64,000 nt of DNA from Asterias rubens. Its lineage: Eukaryota. Of the stretch, positions 1-12,939 are shown piece by piece. The stretch is taken from NCBI RefSeq assembly GCF_902459465.1, contig NC_047063.1, forward strand, positions 10,974,001 to 11,038,000, given 5' to 3'. The position numbers and the translations under genes were made by a program. How positions within the stretch are numbered: the stretch's first letter is position 1; each line of letters opens with the position of its first letter. The notes under the pieces were generated by a model. It ran no database searches, was not told the DNA's origin, and was given only the letters and a program-made list of their open reading frames with translations.

Positions 1-1167
1 AAACTCATAATCGAAGCTTTATAACCGTTACATAACCAGCTCATTTCATATTAACGGGACTCCTTTGACTGAGCGAGCCTTCTTTGAACATTGTACAATG
101 TGATGAAGAAAACGATATTAATAAGAATACAAAATAAAACTTTAGAATTGAATTTTTGTCTATGGATATCAGAAGAGCTCGATGATAAACCACAGAGCAA
201 GCCCAAATAAAGTAACTTTCTAACAACGATCAAAAATGGGAGGCAGAGCTTTTCAATCGATTAAAATAAGGAAATCCTTTAAAAAAAACATCAGGAATTT
301 TTGTTAAGAATGGCAATTCTGATGTGCAGAAAAACAAAGTTGCGAACGGAAGAGGAAAAAGGGGTCCCGATGTCACGACTGGGTCACTGCCCTGCTCTGT
401 GCGGCCCATAGCCAGGGTTTAACTCCGGGAGAGTCGGCACACACAGACCAAAAACTTGTGTCAACAAACAAGATTAAACCACGCTTTCTATTTTGAAGAA
501 GAATCAACCCAATCTTTGAGATGTACTCGGCCGGCAGTTCTTTTCGAGAAATTCTAACTCTCTCGAAAAGACCGCTTTTTCAAAGTTTGACAAGTTGTTT
601 ATTTTTGAAGCCTCCTTTTTGCCGGGACCCAGGGTGCATAATTAGAGTCGGGGGCGACCGGTAATCATCACATCAAAAGGACCGCTAACTTTGGCAGTAT
701 TGACCAATCAGCATCAAAGAAGTTTTTGTGGGTGACAGAGCGTGTGATGCGATATCGTGTTTTTTCCCCACGGCTGATTCATGTTCGATATGTCTTAAAG
801 TGCCTTCTTGCAATAATCAGATGCAGAGGGGAAAAATGGGCCATTTTGAAAACATCAAAACATTGACATAAAACTGATCTTATTATTTATTTTACAGCAT
901 TTGGTCACTTTGATACAATTTGACAAAGTTCATGAGTAATCGTAGACGTGCTCGTATCGCTTCTAGTGTTCATACAACAGCCGTAGAATCACGACCATTG
1001 GAACTGTACCGTTGAACAAAAGAAAGCACCGCCCCATTCATATCCAACGTGCACATGCAGTGTGTGTACATCATGTTGGGAGAAGAATCATCGTCCATCA
1101 TAACACATGTGTGGTAATGCTATGCCAGGAGAATATTATGCTACTCGATTAACGCACGCTAGGATAG

Positions 1168-1207
1168 TTTCTTTACGCTTTCTTTACTACTCATCTTTTT
1201 ACTGTAG
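1168..1207 (+). promoter_or_regulatory. Likely 3' splice acceptor just upstream of the PDZRN start codon (5' UTR intron)
   Basis: TTTCTTTACGCTTTCTTTACTACTCATCTTTTTACTGTAG ends 22 nt before the ATG at 1230. Confidence 0.45.
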
Positions 1208-1229
1208 CAACGGATACTAATTTAAAGTC

Positions 1230-1934
1230 ATGGGTTTCGATCTGGACCGTTTTACGAAGGCGGTGGACGAGGATTTCAAATGTAGTATTTGCCTGGCCGT
1301 TCTGGAGAATCCACTTGCTACCCCGTGCGGCCACGTCTTCTGCGGAAATTGCGTCCTGCCCTGGGTTGTTCAACACGGTAGCTGCCCGCTCAAGTGCGAT
1401 AAGTTCTCCACCAAGGAGTTGAACAACGTTCTACCACTGAGGAACCTCATCCTGAAGTTGGAGATACGCTGTGACAATCATATCCGAGGCTGCCAAGAAG
1501 TTGTCCAAATCCAAATGCTCTCCCCACACTTGGAAGATTGTGACTTCGCACCGGTAACTTGTACCAATAAAGGTTGCGAAGTTGTTGTAAACATCAAGGA
1601 CCAGGTTCAGCACGAGACGAAACAGTGCGAGTACCGGGCGGTTGGAAGCTGTGAGCAGGGTTGCAGCCTGGTCCTACAGCACAACGCCGTGGCGGACCAT
1701 AGCTGCTTGAAAGCTCTTCAGGCACACACCTCAAACCTGCAGACGAAAATATCAAACCAGGATCACAGTCTTAAGAAAACCACCATGAGGTTTGGGAAGC
1801 GTGAGAAATCTCTTCTTGCGCAGATTGCATGTTTGCAAAATGAGAATCACATGCAAGCGCTACGTTTTCAGAAAAAGCTGAACGAGTGCAAAGCAGAATT
1901 GGAATATATGTCGGCCCTCGCCGTTTATGATAGG
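1230..1934 (+). CDS. PDZRN3: PDZ domain-containing RING finger E3 ligase (PDZRN3/PDZRN4, LNX3/4 family), coding exon 1: C3HC4 RING, TRAF-type zinc finger, coiled coil
   Basis: The translation MGFDLDRF...CSICLAVLENPLATPCGHVFCGNCVLPWVVQHGSCP...LPLRNLILKLEIRC...HLEDCDFAP...GKREKSLLAQ...MQALRFQKK closely matches the vertebrate PDZRN3/4 N-terminus as I recall it. The exon ends at the phase-0 donor AGG|GTAAAG (1934/1935). It is probably a co-orthologue of PDZRN3 and PDZRN4. Confidence 0.93.
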
Positions 1935-2096
1935 GTAAAGTATATATTCTGTTTTTTTGTTAAATTATAATTTTAAGTATTGTATTTGTGATATTGCTCC
2001 GGCTTTGTTATTCAACAAGTTTAGTGTAGTGATACAACACAAACAACTTTTTATGTGACATAAAATAATATCAAGTCACTTTGTTATCTTTATACT

Positions 2097-2421
2097 TCAA
2101 AGATGCTATATCAGATTTTTGGCCGATTTGACCCAACAATTTTGATTTAAAATTCAATAGGTATTTTGATGGGGGTCGAGAAAGTTACAAGCTTTCATTT
2201 GAGCCATTGCTCGAAAAAGTCTGTCAATTATTAAAGCAGTGAAATAAAGTGCTCAAAATTAATAAGAAACGTTTTAAATTTTTGTCATGGTTCCTGACCA
2301 TTAAAAGTAAAAAGTTAAACTTTTTTTCAGTAGAGCGGGTGACACTCTTCGAAATACCATTCATTAAAAAAAAATCTATTTTTTAATGTTTGGGACCAAA
2401 AATCTGACATAGCATCTTTAA
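2097..2421. mobile_element. Kolobok/T2-like MITE, family G
   Basis: TIRs (T)CAAAGATGCTATATCAGATTTTTGG ... CCAAAAATCTGACATAGCATCTTTAA. It is the reverse complement of the copy at 5297-5660. Confidence 0.8.
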
Positions 2422-2882
2422 ATTTTTGATGATTTATGATTCATAGTTCATAATTTCAAATAGTGTGTTAATGAATGGTCTGTGAAAAACCCTCATTAAA
2501 ACCTGGCTGACTGCTGTGATTATGAAATATAACCTCTGAAATGGTTCTCAAGTAATTTACTTTTGTAATAACATCAAAGGCAAACATAGTTTCAAAGACC
2601 TCCATGATTTTGTAATGATTGCGCAGGTTGGTATTAATTATTAATATTAAAACCATGAAGTGCTCTGTCAAGTGTCTAGTATCAAATTATGTTTACAATC
2701 TTGATTAACTTAACATTAATATCCTGTGTATATCAAGCACTTGCTTTGCTTGGGAATAGACCAACAAGATATTAATGACTGGTGTATGAAGCAATTAAAA
2801 AACACAGCCACTTTAGTTTGTGGACTGAAGTGGTCAGCTGGTAAGGTAGTAGTATGGTTGATAACTCTTTTCTTGAGTACAG

Positions 2883-3049
2883 CCATCGATTTCACAAAGA
2901 GTTAGGACTCGTCTTATCTCGAATTAGGACGAGTAACTCTTCCCAACTTAGGATTAATCTTAAGGTCTGCATGCTACAGTGCAGGGTTGGGACTCGTCCT
3001 AAGTCCTAAGATTAGTCTTAAGTTAGGAAGAGTTTTGTGAAATCGACGG
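2883..3049. mobile_element. Palindromic MITE, family D (GATTTCACAAA...TTTGTGAAATC), CAG target duplication
   Basis: CAG|CCATCGATTTCACAAA ... TTTGTGAAATCGACGG|CAG, with internal TAGGACT/AGTCCTA repeats. Homologues lie at 48085 and 61456. Confidence 0.8.
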
Positions 3050-4967
3050 CAGTGCTATTTCATTCAACATGATTGGTTATGTGTGTGCATGCACAGTTTA
3101 GGTCATGAAATCAATAATAAAATTGCCTTGTTGTGAAGAAAATCTTTTCAAAACACCAATATAAAAAGGGGAAAATAAATCTACCACTCTCCTACCAGAG
3201 TTCCATGATGGAAGTCCCTCCTACTCTTATTGAAAATATTCAACGAAATAAGTAAGATGCTACAACAAAAACTATAAAATATATGAAAATTATATGAAAC
3301 ATAGTAAATAAGATGTCAAGAGAGAATTAAGCTTTTGTAAAAATTTGATAGGCAGAAACCATAGAAACGGGTTGGACTGTCACAACTTACAAAATACAAG
3401 TGGTGGAAGGCTAGAGATGTGCATTGTTTACTCTAGCGACTCATTGGTGTGTTCTATCGAATAGCTAACTTAATTCAGTGAAGCTTTTTCCTCAATCATA
3501 GCACTCAAAGTGATTGTTGTTTTTGTTTCTAAATTGGTGAAAATAAACACTTCCAGTGTTGAAATGTTAAGTAGGTGCCTACTGTCTTACCCAACAAAGT
3601 CTGCTGATTCAAAATAAATCAATGTTGTTGAAGAAAAAAAAGGGCTAGCCTTGCATTCCAGGTTCCATTGAAAATGTCTGCTTCTTTATCAAAATGTGGT
3701 TGTTTGAAAAGACAGTCTGGTGGCTGGCCACAATCCCCATGAATCAGTTCTCGATCACCCCCTCGAGGATGAAATGTTCACCATGGGGTGTCTGGTAGTC
3801 CACAACAACTTCCCCCAATTTGGGGTCTGGAAGGTTTTGGGAACCCTACTATAGTATACACTGGTTGGTGGGTATAGACACCCTTGGTTGTTTGTGTCCC
3901 CAAAACAGTACATCCATGTGAGGTCCCAAGGACTTCCGCTGTTTTTAGCTTGACCAAACCCAAAAAAGAGAATCTCGACAACAGAAGAGCAAGGGACGAA
4001 ACAATTTGGTTTGTCTAGCCTCTCTGACACCAATTGCTATAGTTGAGTGTGGGCTCTGAACTCCTACACCCCCCTCTCTCCATCCCAACCAACAGTTAAA
4101 CCGCCTCAATCTTTCCACATTGATCTTGTTTATAATGCACAAAAGATACAAACAGAGCAGGACAGGGCAAACACCTTGTGAAGAAAGCCTGTCTGATTGG
4201 ACAGGAATGTTTTTTTGTCAGGTAAGGTTCTTTTGTGGGACCGCTTCATTGTGGTCTAGCAAACAAGCTTTGTTTACAGTGTCAATCCTGCGATAATATG
4301 AAGGCAAACGTTTTAAGATGTACCCCTTTTTTTGGATGGCTCCATTTATTATTTGATCCTATAGGGGTAGACCACAGTCGAGAAGACAAAAAACTTGTTT
4401 GAAATAATAAGCCAACTATTGAAGAGAGCAAATATTTTTGATTGGTCAGCACTGATAAGGTCGGTTTGGAAGGGGTCTGGGTCAGTGGTCCTTGCTCAAT
4501 GGTCAGAACCATGGTCAGACAATGTTGTAATTAGTCAAGTGTGGATTGTGGAAAGATGAAACCCACATAGAAACCAAATATACTGAATATGAGTGTTTGG
4601 TTTGCAACAACACTAATCCTTAAAAACATGTTCACTGCAAAAATATTGCTCTAAAACAAAATACAATAATCAAAATACATTATTTTGTTGCAGCGCTTTT
4701 CATGATTAACACATAATATTCAAATTAGGCCTTTAAAATAATTTCAACCATTGAGGTTTTGCTTCCCACCCCCCCCCTATAACAAACGAGAAAGCCTGAC
4801 TGTTTCTTCATCATCTCTTAACACAAATCAACTGAGCAGTGTCACAGTGCTGCTCGTATTTCTGGATTCCATTAGTGGCTTTATAATAGCGCTCAAATCT
4901 GTCACTCAGTGGCGCTCAATGGCGCTCCAGCATTCAGTATTTTTTCCCTGTAAGGTATGCAGAGCTA

Positions 4968-5215
4968 TACTCTCTAAATGCAAAAAAAGTGAAAAAGCAC
5001 TCTTTGAAGAGCCATATGAGGGACAACTCTTTTTCGAGTGGTACTCCACTCTTTTAGATTGAAGTTTGCATCTTTTTGAGTGATTTTTCACTCTGTCCTG
5101 GAGTGAAACCCCTCTAAAAGTGTGAAATAACCACCACTCTTTTTAAAGAGCTATATGAGGGACAACTCGAAATGTAAAGAGTGGTGTTTTTTTAGTCTTT
5201 TACATTTAGAGAGTA
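4968..5215. mobile_element. MITE with 18-bp TIRs
   Basis: TACTCTCTAAATGCAAAA ... TTTTACATTTAGAGAGTA. The internal direct repeat AAGAGCYATATGAGGGACAACTC occurs twice. Confidence 0.7.
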
Positions 5216-5296
5216 CATTTTGAAGACTAACTGGTCTATTTCTTTACATAGCACAGTGTAATGGTTTACTACCAAATATAGAATTACACAAAGTTG

Positions 5297-5660
5297 TTAA
5301 AGATAATATGTCAGATTTTTGGCCCCAAACATTATAAAATAGATTTTTTTTAGTGAATGGTATTTCAAAGAGTATCCACCGCTCTAACGAAAAAAAGTTT
5401 AACTGGTCAGGAACCATGACAAAAATTTAAAACGTTTCTTATAAAACACAGTAGAATTGGTCACGTGATATATTGTCGGGATCCCAACAAAAACTAATTT
5501 TGAGCACTTTATTTCACTGCTACTAATAATTGGCGGACTTTTTTGAGCAATGGCTCAAATGAAAGCTTGTCACTTTCTCGACCCCAATCAAAATACCTAT
5601 TGAATTTTAAATCAAACTTTTTGGGTCAAATCGACCAAAAATCTGACATAGCATCTTTAA
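5297..5660. mobile_element. Kolobok/T2-like MITE, family G (inverted relative to 2097-2421)
   Basis: TTAAAGATAATATGTCAGATTTTTGG ... CCAAAAATCTGACATAGCATCTTTAA, with TTAA at both ends. Confidence 0.8.
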
Positions 5661-6603
5661 ACTTTCTTTTTTATTTTGTTCTTAAATTGTCATCACTGCT
5701 GGTCCACAAAGGTCATTCAATTTAATAATTAAAAAAAGGCAAAAGCCTTAAAGATGTTTTTATTCTTGCGCACTTCACCCCAGACCAGTATTTCAAACTA
5801 ACTTATTTTAGTACATGCACAGTCATGCCATGAAGTGGCAAGAAGTCGTTCTTTATTCCTTGGCTTTGATGATGTGTGTACAAGCAGTCAAACACATTGC
5901 CAGGTCTTTAAATGCCGTAGTACTGAGACTAACAGTTGCCCCGGCACGGCAATTAATTTTGCTTTAAATATTTCGCACACGTATCAAAAGATCCCTGCTG
6001 GGCCGGCAAATTTGTTGTCGGTCAGCCGGCAGAACGCCTGGTGTGGGAATCGAAGCCTTTAATATAAAACCAGCGAGCATGGTGGTGGTGATGGTAGGGT
6101 TGGAAAACAAAACCTTTCACTAAAACCAGGAATGTTTGAGTAATGCCACATACTGCATGGAGTCATCTAAAAAAAAAATCACGATTTTGAAATATTGGCA
6201 CGTTTCTTTTTAAAAGTTAAGGTTGACATATTTGGGGGTTGGGGGTGAATGAATGTTCAAATAGTTGGGGGTAAACCACCCACAATAAAAACCTTATGAA
6301 GTGGGCTGGGAAGCAGTCTTTGATTATAGATTGAAGACAAATGGTATTCTCAACACTGTGGTGACTGGTATTTTAGGCCATAAAAAAAAGCTTATTTTGC
6401 ACACAATAGAGTAGCATATAATTGGCGGTTGAATTATAATTATATTTTGTCGTTAAGTTTTCTGACAAATTTGGTTTTGAAGTAAAACAAAAAAATCAAT
6501 ATTTTCATAGAGTGTGAATATTTTATACTTTGAATATAATAACAGCACTATGTATAAAGATGGTTCTAAAGCAACGTCTCCCTTTTCCCTTTCCTCTCTA
6601 CAG

Positions 6604-6684
6604 CCATGCGAGGAACTGTCACTCACCTTACAACTCTGTCGTGAAAATAACAGCCTTGGATTGAATATCATTGGTGGCAATCGG
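6604..6684 (+). CDS. PDZRN3: PDZRN3/4 exon 2, start of PDZ1 (PCEELSLTLQLCRENNSLGLNIIGGNR)
   Basis: A polypyrimidine tract and CTACAG acceptor precede an 81-nt phase 0-0 exon, which ends at the donor CGG|GTAGGT. It encodes the PDZ carboxylate-binding loop SLGLNIIGG. Confidence 0.9.
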
Positions 6685-6887
6685 GTAGGTAGTAGTGTGT
6701 TAGTGATTGATGGTATTAAAGTCCGTGGCAGTGCGAGTGCCTAAAGTCACACAAGAGTCTGCTTGTAAATGCTGGCCACTTTGTATCATATATGATAATG
6801 CTTGTAACATTGCTATACGTGGAATTTGGGAAGAATTCTTAATTTTGACTTTTGCATTTTTCATCGTTCTGTTCTAAATGTTTAAAT

Positions 6888-7218
6888 TCAGAGGCAATGA
6901 AGGTGATTGTCTCCATGCCCCCTGGTCATTGCATTATTGCCCTTAAAATGCGCGGGACAGTAGAATTGTAGTACAATTTCCTGATAGGGTGCTCTTTACT
7001 AAAGAGAAAATGCCCTGGTGCCCTTCCCCTTTCAAAAACGTAACATAGGCCTGTAAGGACATAGAAGATTGCCTCCATGCCCCTGGTCATTGCTTTATTG
7101 CCCTTGAAATGCTACAGTAGAATTGTACAATTTCTTTATAAAGTGCCCTATCAAGGAGAACATGCCTTGGTGCCTTGCCCTTTCAAAAATGAAACATCCT
7201 ATATGAGCCTGTGAGGAC
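6888..7218 (+). mobile_element. Two tandem copies of the ~170-bp CAGGCCTG-ended element, family F
   Basis: Both units contain CTCCATGCCCC..GGTCATTGC...TGCCYTGGTGCC...TTCAAAAA...GCCTGT(A/G)AGGAC. Confidence 0.8.
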
Positions 7219-9688
7219 CTAGGTAAAAGTAGGGTGTCCAATTTTCAAAATCATTGAAAGAAAATGGCTTCCAATTTGTTAGGATCAAAAACGTTCACAT
7301 GGAAGTTGAAAGGCTAAGGTGAGTGCCCAAATTAAAAAAGTGCAGCCTGAAAGCAACCAGTCACCCACCCCCTTGTCTTAAAACAGTGACGCCATGAGAA
7401 GGTGGGGAAAATCTCATTAATTATTGTTTGTATCTCTTGTTCAATACTGTAGAGTGTAAAATTTCTAGCCTCAACTTGAAATTATGACTCCATTATAGCT
7501 AGGTGGTCCAGTTCTTAATTCTTTAGCAAGGTACTGTTGTAGTCTTTGCCCGAAATAAACCAGCACAAAGGGGGGGATTGCAACCCTACAATGCAGGCCA
7601 CAGTGCACAGCATCCCCATGTTGTCCTTTTCTCTGTTTCTGGACTGATCCCCCAACACATTCAAACATTAGGCAGGATTAGTGTGTACATTGTGCACAGT
7701 GTACATGCCCTTGAGAACCTTGTAGTAAAGTAAACACACCATAAATTAATACTTGTTGTGGGTAACCCTCTATGCTATTACCAGACCATGGTGTGACCTG
7801 TACTGTACATTGTGGCCAAATGGTCATTCTTTGTATACTCTTCTTCGCAGACAAAGAAGCATAGGAACACCATCTCAGGAATTTGATTTCTGTCTGTAGA
7901 TTTAGAATTCAAGACTTTGCCAGAGTTTATACCAAACAGAGATTGTGTTTTGGAATAGCGACAGCAATAATAACATTTGCCTCAGTTCATTGCATCCCAA
8001 TTCTTAAAAAAGAATACTCATTAATAGACCAAGTTCTTCAGAATTATTGTGAATGTGATTTCAATCATCCAATACAAATTTACCTTCATTAGTAGGAGCT
8101 TCTGAAATTTTGAAACTTTGTGTCCAATTTGCTCACTAAGAATAAATTTAGATGTAAAATGACAGATAAAACAGGGTGTCCAAGTTGAAAACAGAATGTC
8201 CAAAAGACACCGTCACCCAGACACCTTTCTGGCTAACACTATGGTTGTACCTCCATATGCGCTATATAAGAACTGCTTATTATTATTACGACACAGTAAT
8301 GTTCCACAATGTACAGTAGTTAGGCCTACAGCAGAGTTTCTCTGGACAAAGCCTCCTTCTCCCAAAAGTGTACTGTACCCTTCCCCTACTTAAAAAAACC
8401 CTTGTAAACACGGGTCGTTCATTCCTCAAGTAACAATACCATGGTACCCTACAAGATGTGTAGATGTTTTGCTGTTTAGGTGTTGATGGGCATTAGCGAG
8501 GGATTCCAACCTCTTGAATTTTGAACAGATCCTGGAAGGAAAAGATCACTTATCCCTCCCTTTAGAGATTGACCAAGTTGTCACAATGTAGTATGATTAA
8601 CTCTATTTAAGACAACTTCTTTTTAATCCTGCCCCTCAAAAGTCCCTAATTCCCAACACCCCACCCCCCACTAGAGGACCCTGATCCATGCCCCGAAGGT
8701 GTAGCTGAATTCAAGATGGCAGCCATTGTTGTATGTAACACACTGAGAACCCACTAGAGTACACAGCGTAACAATACCTTCTTTTGGCTTTGGAACTTGC
8801 TCTTTTGTCTTTTCCTGCCCTCTAAAAACAGCTGGTTCAATATTCTGTTAAAAAAATCTCGGCCAAGAATCCTTGAGACGCTTTTTTTGTGTGTTGAGTT
8901 TTTTTTCTTTTTAGTCGGTGACTTAACTCTCTTGACTCGTGTTTACGCTGGTTTTGTTTAGACAGCAGTTGTTAATCTCTTTTCTCATGGATTAGAGACG
9001 CCTATGTACATATTGTGCTTGATGTGTCACCACTGGCCAAAACATTTAATTTATTAAACTCATGGGAGGTTTCTGACTAACATTGATGTACACCAATGTA
9101 TGTGTTCATCAACAATTATTTTGCAAAATCATTGAGGTAGAATTTTAAAACAGTCAGTCAAGTATCTTGTATTAGTTTTGACGTACCACGTAGCGTAGTG
9201 TTGGAAAAATTCCCTGTTGTAGACAATGTATTTATGATCAATACTATTCAATAATTATTTATATAATAGTTTGGTTTATGCTCCAAGAGGAAATCATTAA
9301 ATATAATTTTAACAGGGGAAAGGGTGTTTTTTAAAACTGTTTTCTCTGAACTCAAGAAAGACAACAACAAAAGTTGAAAACAACATTGAGTTTAATGTCC
9401 CAGTGGGGGACGAAGAGGATCAAACTTCTCAAACTTTTCCTGATTTGTTGAGAGTTTGAATGATAATGAACAACCAATTCTCAGCATTAAAGCAAACAAT
9501 ATCTACAAACATCTAAACATCTAAACAGCTTATCAATTAAGAAATCTTGTTTTTGCCAAGAATGAATACCATTTTGGTTTGAATTCCACCCAGGAGGTTG
9601 CTGTGTTTTTCCTGCAGACTTATAAAGCTCATAATATCGCATAAATACAAAAGAGTATAAATGCTTTGTTGCCTTTGATTTTTAATAG

Positions 9689-9782
9689 CAGGCCCGATAC
9701 TTCACAGAGGCATTGAGGGCGGTTGTCTCATAGGGTGCCCTGTATCAAGGAGAAAATGCCTGGTTGCCCTACACAAGCCTGT
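9689..9782 (+). mobile_element. Family F element, internally deleted
   Basis: CAGGCCCGATACTTCACAGAGGCA ... TAGGGTGCCC...GGAGAAAATGCC. Confidence 0.65.
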
Positions 9783-11340
9783 AACAGGTATCCTGCCTTT
9801 GAACCAAATTCCAAAATAAAAAAAATAAAATCACCCTCAAGTAAAGTTTATTTTGCCCACACTAACTCTAACCCAGCAGAGTGTGGTGTTTGTTTGGGAC
9901 AGGGGAGGGGTGCTGTCGGTGAGAAACTTGAAAAGGAAATGAAATCTTGACATAAAGTAACTAAAGATGTTGACAAAACTGACCTAAATAAACCCTCTAA
10001 GATGCGACATTATTTCAGCTCATTTAGGTCCACCCTTTGCATTAGGGCTACACTTTCAATGATGGTGAGTTCATTGACTGTGGATGCTGATAAACCCCTG
10101 TACATCATTGACACACACACACAGCCATTCCCCCCCCCCTTTATCCCCCTCCCACACTTTGTCTTCAACACACAAACAGGAAAGGTGTAAACAACTCTGG
10201 AAGCCCCACCAAAGTGGAGGAAGTCTGTTGTCATCTTCTACTATGCTTAAGACTGAATAAGACTTATTTCAATTAGCCTAAGAAAGACTACAATTTATTT
10301 CAATTAGGATCTTTGTATTCGTGTGCAGAATGGTACGTTTTAAAGTGAGAGGCCTTCAGTAAATAAAAGGAGGGTTTACAGTTTGAAAACTACATTCCTT
10401 TAAGATGTTGTAAAGTTTTAAGGGTAGTTTCAGGTTAGGGCCTACTGCCTATAATAAGTTGGGCAATAATTACCCCAGATATCCAAATTCTGGTGGTATA
10501 ATGATATCAGTGACTTAATACAGAATTGGAATTTCTTGTGAAAGTAGCAACTATTAACATTATCGGGACACAACAAATCTTTTGGAAATTCCTGATGTCA
10601 GTGAACAATGTAAATCATTGTGAGATTGGTATTCCTATAGGCCTACAATATTTTTCACATTCTAATATAGTCTGGTAATTTGGCCTAAGGGTCATGATAG
10701 GAATGTGAATAAACCAATACAATGTCATTGTTATCATTTTGAAGGAATCCAATGTTATTTCTGTTATGTCAAGCTGCACTCTGCAGGCAAGATATATTTT
10801 TCAAATAATTGTCTGAACTATTTTTTTTTTTTATAGTTTAAAAAAACCCTGTTCTAAAATGAAATCAAAGCTCATTTAAGACAAGGGGTTTTCTGTATCA
10901 GTGTTCTCTATTACTGACAACAGTTTATTGTCATCTGGAGGAAAATATACTATTTTGAAATTTGTAGTACTGTTATGTGTGGTTTAAAAAACACCTGCAA
11001 TTTGTAGTAAATCTGTTTTTTTTTTACTGTTGAAACAATATGAAGATTATCACATATGCCCATGTTGTCTCAAGTGCCTTTGATAGTTTACAAATGTACT
11101 AAATAAGGACTCCTCCTTTAAGATTTTGAAAGATTTGACAAATGAATGTGGAAGACTAGTGACCTTATGCCAAGTGAGGCGACACAGATCCAGTTATTGT
11201 GACTCTCTGGGTTAATTCAAGGTAAATCACAACACCCAGGATATTGACTGGGGTCAACAATCTAGGTGATTCATTGGCTATCTATGTGTACATTTACTAC
11301 ACAAACTCCTCTGCCACAAGCTTGTAACAGGTAAATTACA

Positions 11341-11510
11341 TTAAAGGGTCTTGGTATGTTTTGTAGGACACAAAACACAATGTCCACAGATGAACATTAA
11401 ACTAGCACAGTTTAAAAATAATGATGGTAGAAAGCGTCCCTTAAAATATTACTTGCTGAGCTGCTGTAGTTTCAGGGAAATGAGTATTTAAACAAGTCAC
11501 AAAAATAAAT
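11341..11510. mobile_element. Kolobok-like MITE, family B, left portion
   Basis: Starts TTAAAGGG and shares ACAATGTCCACAGAT...ATGATGGTAGAAAG..TCCCTT.AAATATT with the 29530, 26100 and 57224 copies. Confidence 0.65.
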
Positions 11511-11791
11511 CTTCAAAAGATATATTGCAACTATTGGATACGAAATAATGTGGTCTGCTTGCACTCATGAAGCAGTCAATGGTTTGAGATACGTCTGTGT
11601 GCACTCTTGGCTTTTGCTGTGTGATTTGACACTAATAAAATGGCGCAGAGATTCTTGTAGTGACGAGCTGCCTGACAAAGCTGCAAGGGCCTTTTGCTAT
11701 CCGGTGCATCCATGGGTATTTGTTCCTTATGCATTACTCTAAACGATCATCATTCGGTTATTCAGTAACGTTTGTTTCAATGCTGTTACAT

Positions 11792-11943
11792 CAGGCCTGA
11801 TACTTCAAAGAGGCAACCAAGGCGACTGCCCTAGTCATTGCCTTGGTGCCCTTGAAGTGCTCCAGTAAAAATGTACAATGTCCTTAACCATTGAGAAAAT
11901 GCCTTGGTGCCTTTGCCCTTTTCAAAAATGAAATACAGGCCTG
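11792..11943 (+). mobile_element. Family F element, full length
   Basis: CAGGCCTGATACTTC ... GAAATACAGGCCTG, giving short TIRs with hAT-like CAGG termini. No 8-bp TSD is visible. Confidence 0.8.
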
Positions 11944-12562
11944 GATCATATGATGCACAATAAAAAAAAAAATGCAATGCACACATTAAGTGACCCAATG
12001 TACACTAACTTGATCAAGATTGATCCACTTTTTGTATTGTAAGTGCAAATAATTTCACATAAAAGCAAATAAATCAAACGTTTTTTTGACTCTTCGCATC
12101 TTGAGATCTGACAACCCAAATATGGACTGGATCCAGCAGACATGTTTACACAGACAATTGGGTTGTGACAATCAACAGTAGTGTTTGCCCACACTGTGTG
12201 AAATATTATGGGTTCTTGCATTGCTGCAACACATGAATGTCATAACGCTGGCTGTGGCGTTTTTAGTGTTGTTTATGCACATTTTGGAATGTTCAACGCC
12301 AGACTCGTAGATATATCATCATTTATGATCTTTGTGAACTTGACTAATCTGCAGTGAAATGATTCAGTGCTCTTATCGGTAAGCGTGCAACAATTGGAGT
12401 ACATTGCCATCTGCTCAATTATTTTTGTGGAATATGACTGTTGAACATTTGTTGAATTGAAGAGAATGAATTGAAGAGAAATAAAGTAATCCACACAATA
12501 ACCGTTTACAAGTCATCACAAAATAAAAACATAGGTAGTTGAAGAGAAAAAAGAAAAGGAAG

Positions 12563-12939
12563 TTAAAGCCATTGGACACTTCGGTAAACAGTATTGTCCA
12601 AGGCCCACACTTCGTGTATCACAACTTATATATAAAATAACAAACCTGTGAAAATTTAGGCTCAATCGGTCATCAGAGTCTGAAGAAAATAACGGGAAAA
12701 CCCACCCTTGTATCCGCACGTTTCCTCGTGTCATGACATGTGTTCAAAACAAATTCGTAATTCTCGCTATCGAGAATTGATATTGTTTTAATGTTTTCTC
12801 AAAAAGTAAAGCATTTCATGGAATAATATTTCAAGAGAAGTCTTTCACCATTACCTTCTGTAAACCCTGTAAATTTACCCTTGTAAATCTGTGAACTTTT
12901 TTCTTTTTTTTCTGTACCAAAAGTGTATAATGGCTTTAA
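12563..12939. mobile_element. Kolobok/T2-like MITE (family A-related)
   Basis: TTAAAGCCATTGGACAC ... GTGTATAATGGCTTTAA. It shares the internal AAAATAACAAACCTGTGAAAATTT segment with family A. Confidence 0.75.

Noticed and set aside
365-450. tRNA/SINE-like B box (GGTTTAACTCC)
   Set aside because: The match is poor, there is no A box and no second copy in the window.
60-915. TCF/LEF sites (CTTTGAW/ATCAAAG) upstream of PDZRN
   Set aside because: Short AT-rich motifs are expected by chance at this density.
1935-1970. C-terminal VKYIFCFFVKL of the 246-aa ORF
   Set aside because: Read-through into intron 1 past the GT donor at 1935.
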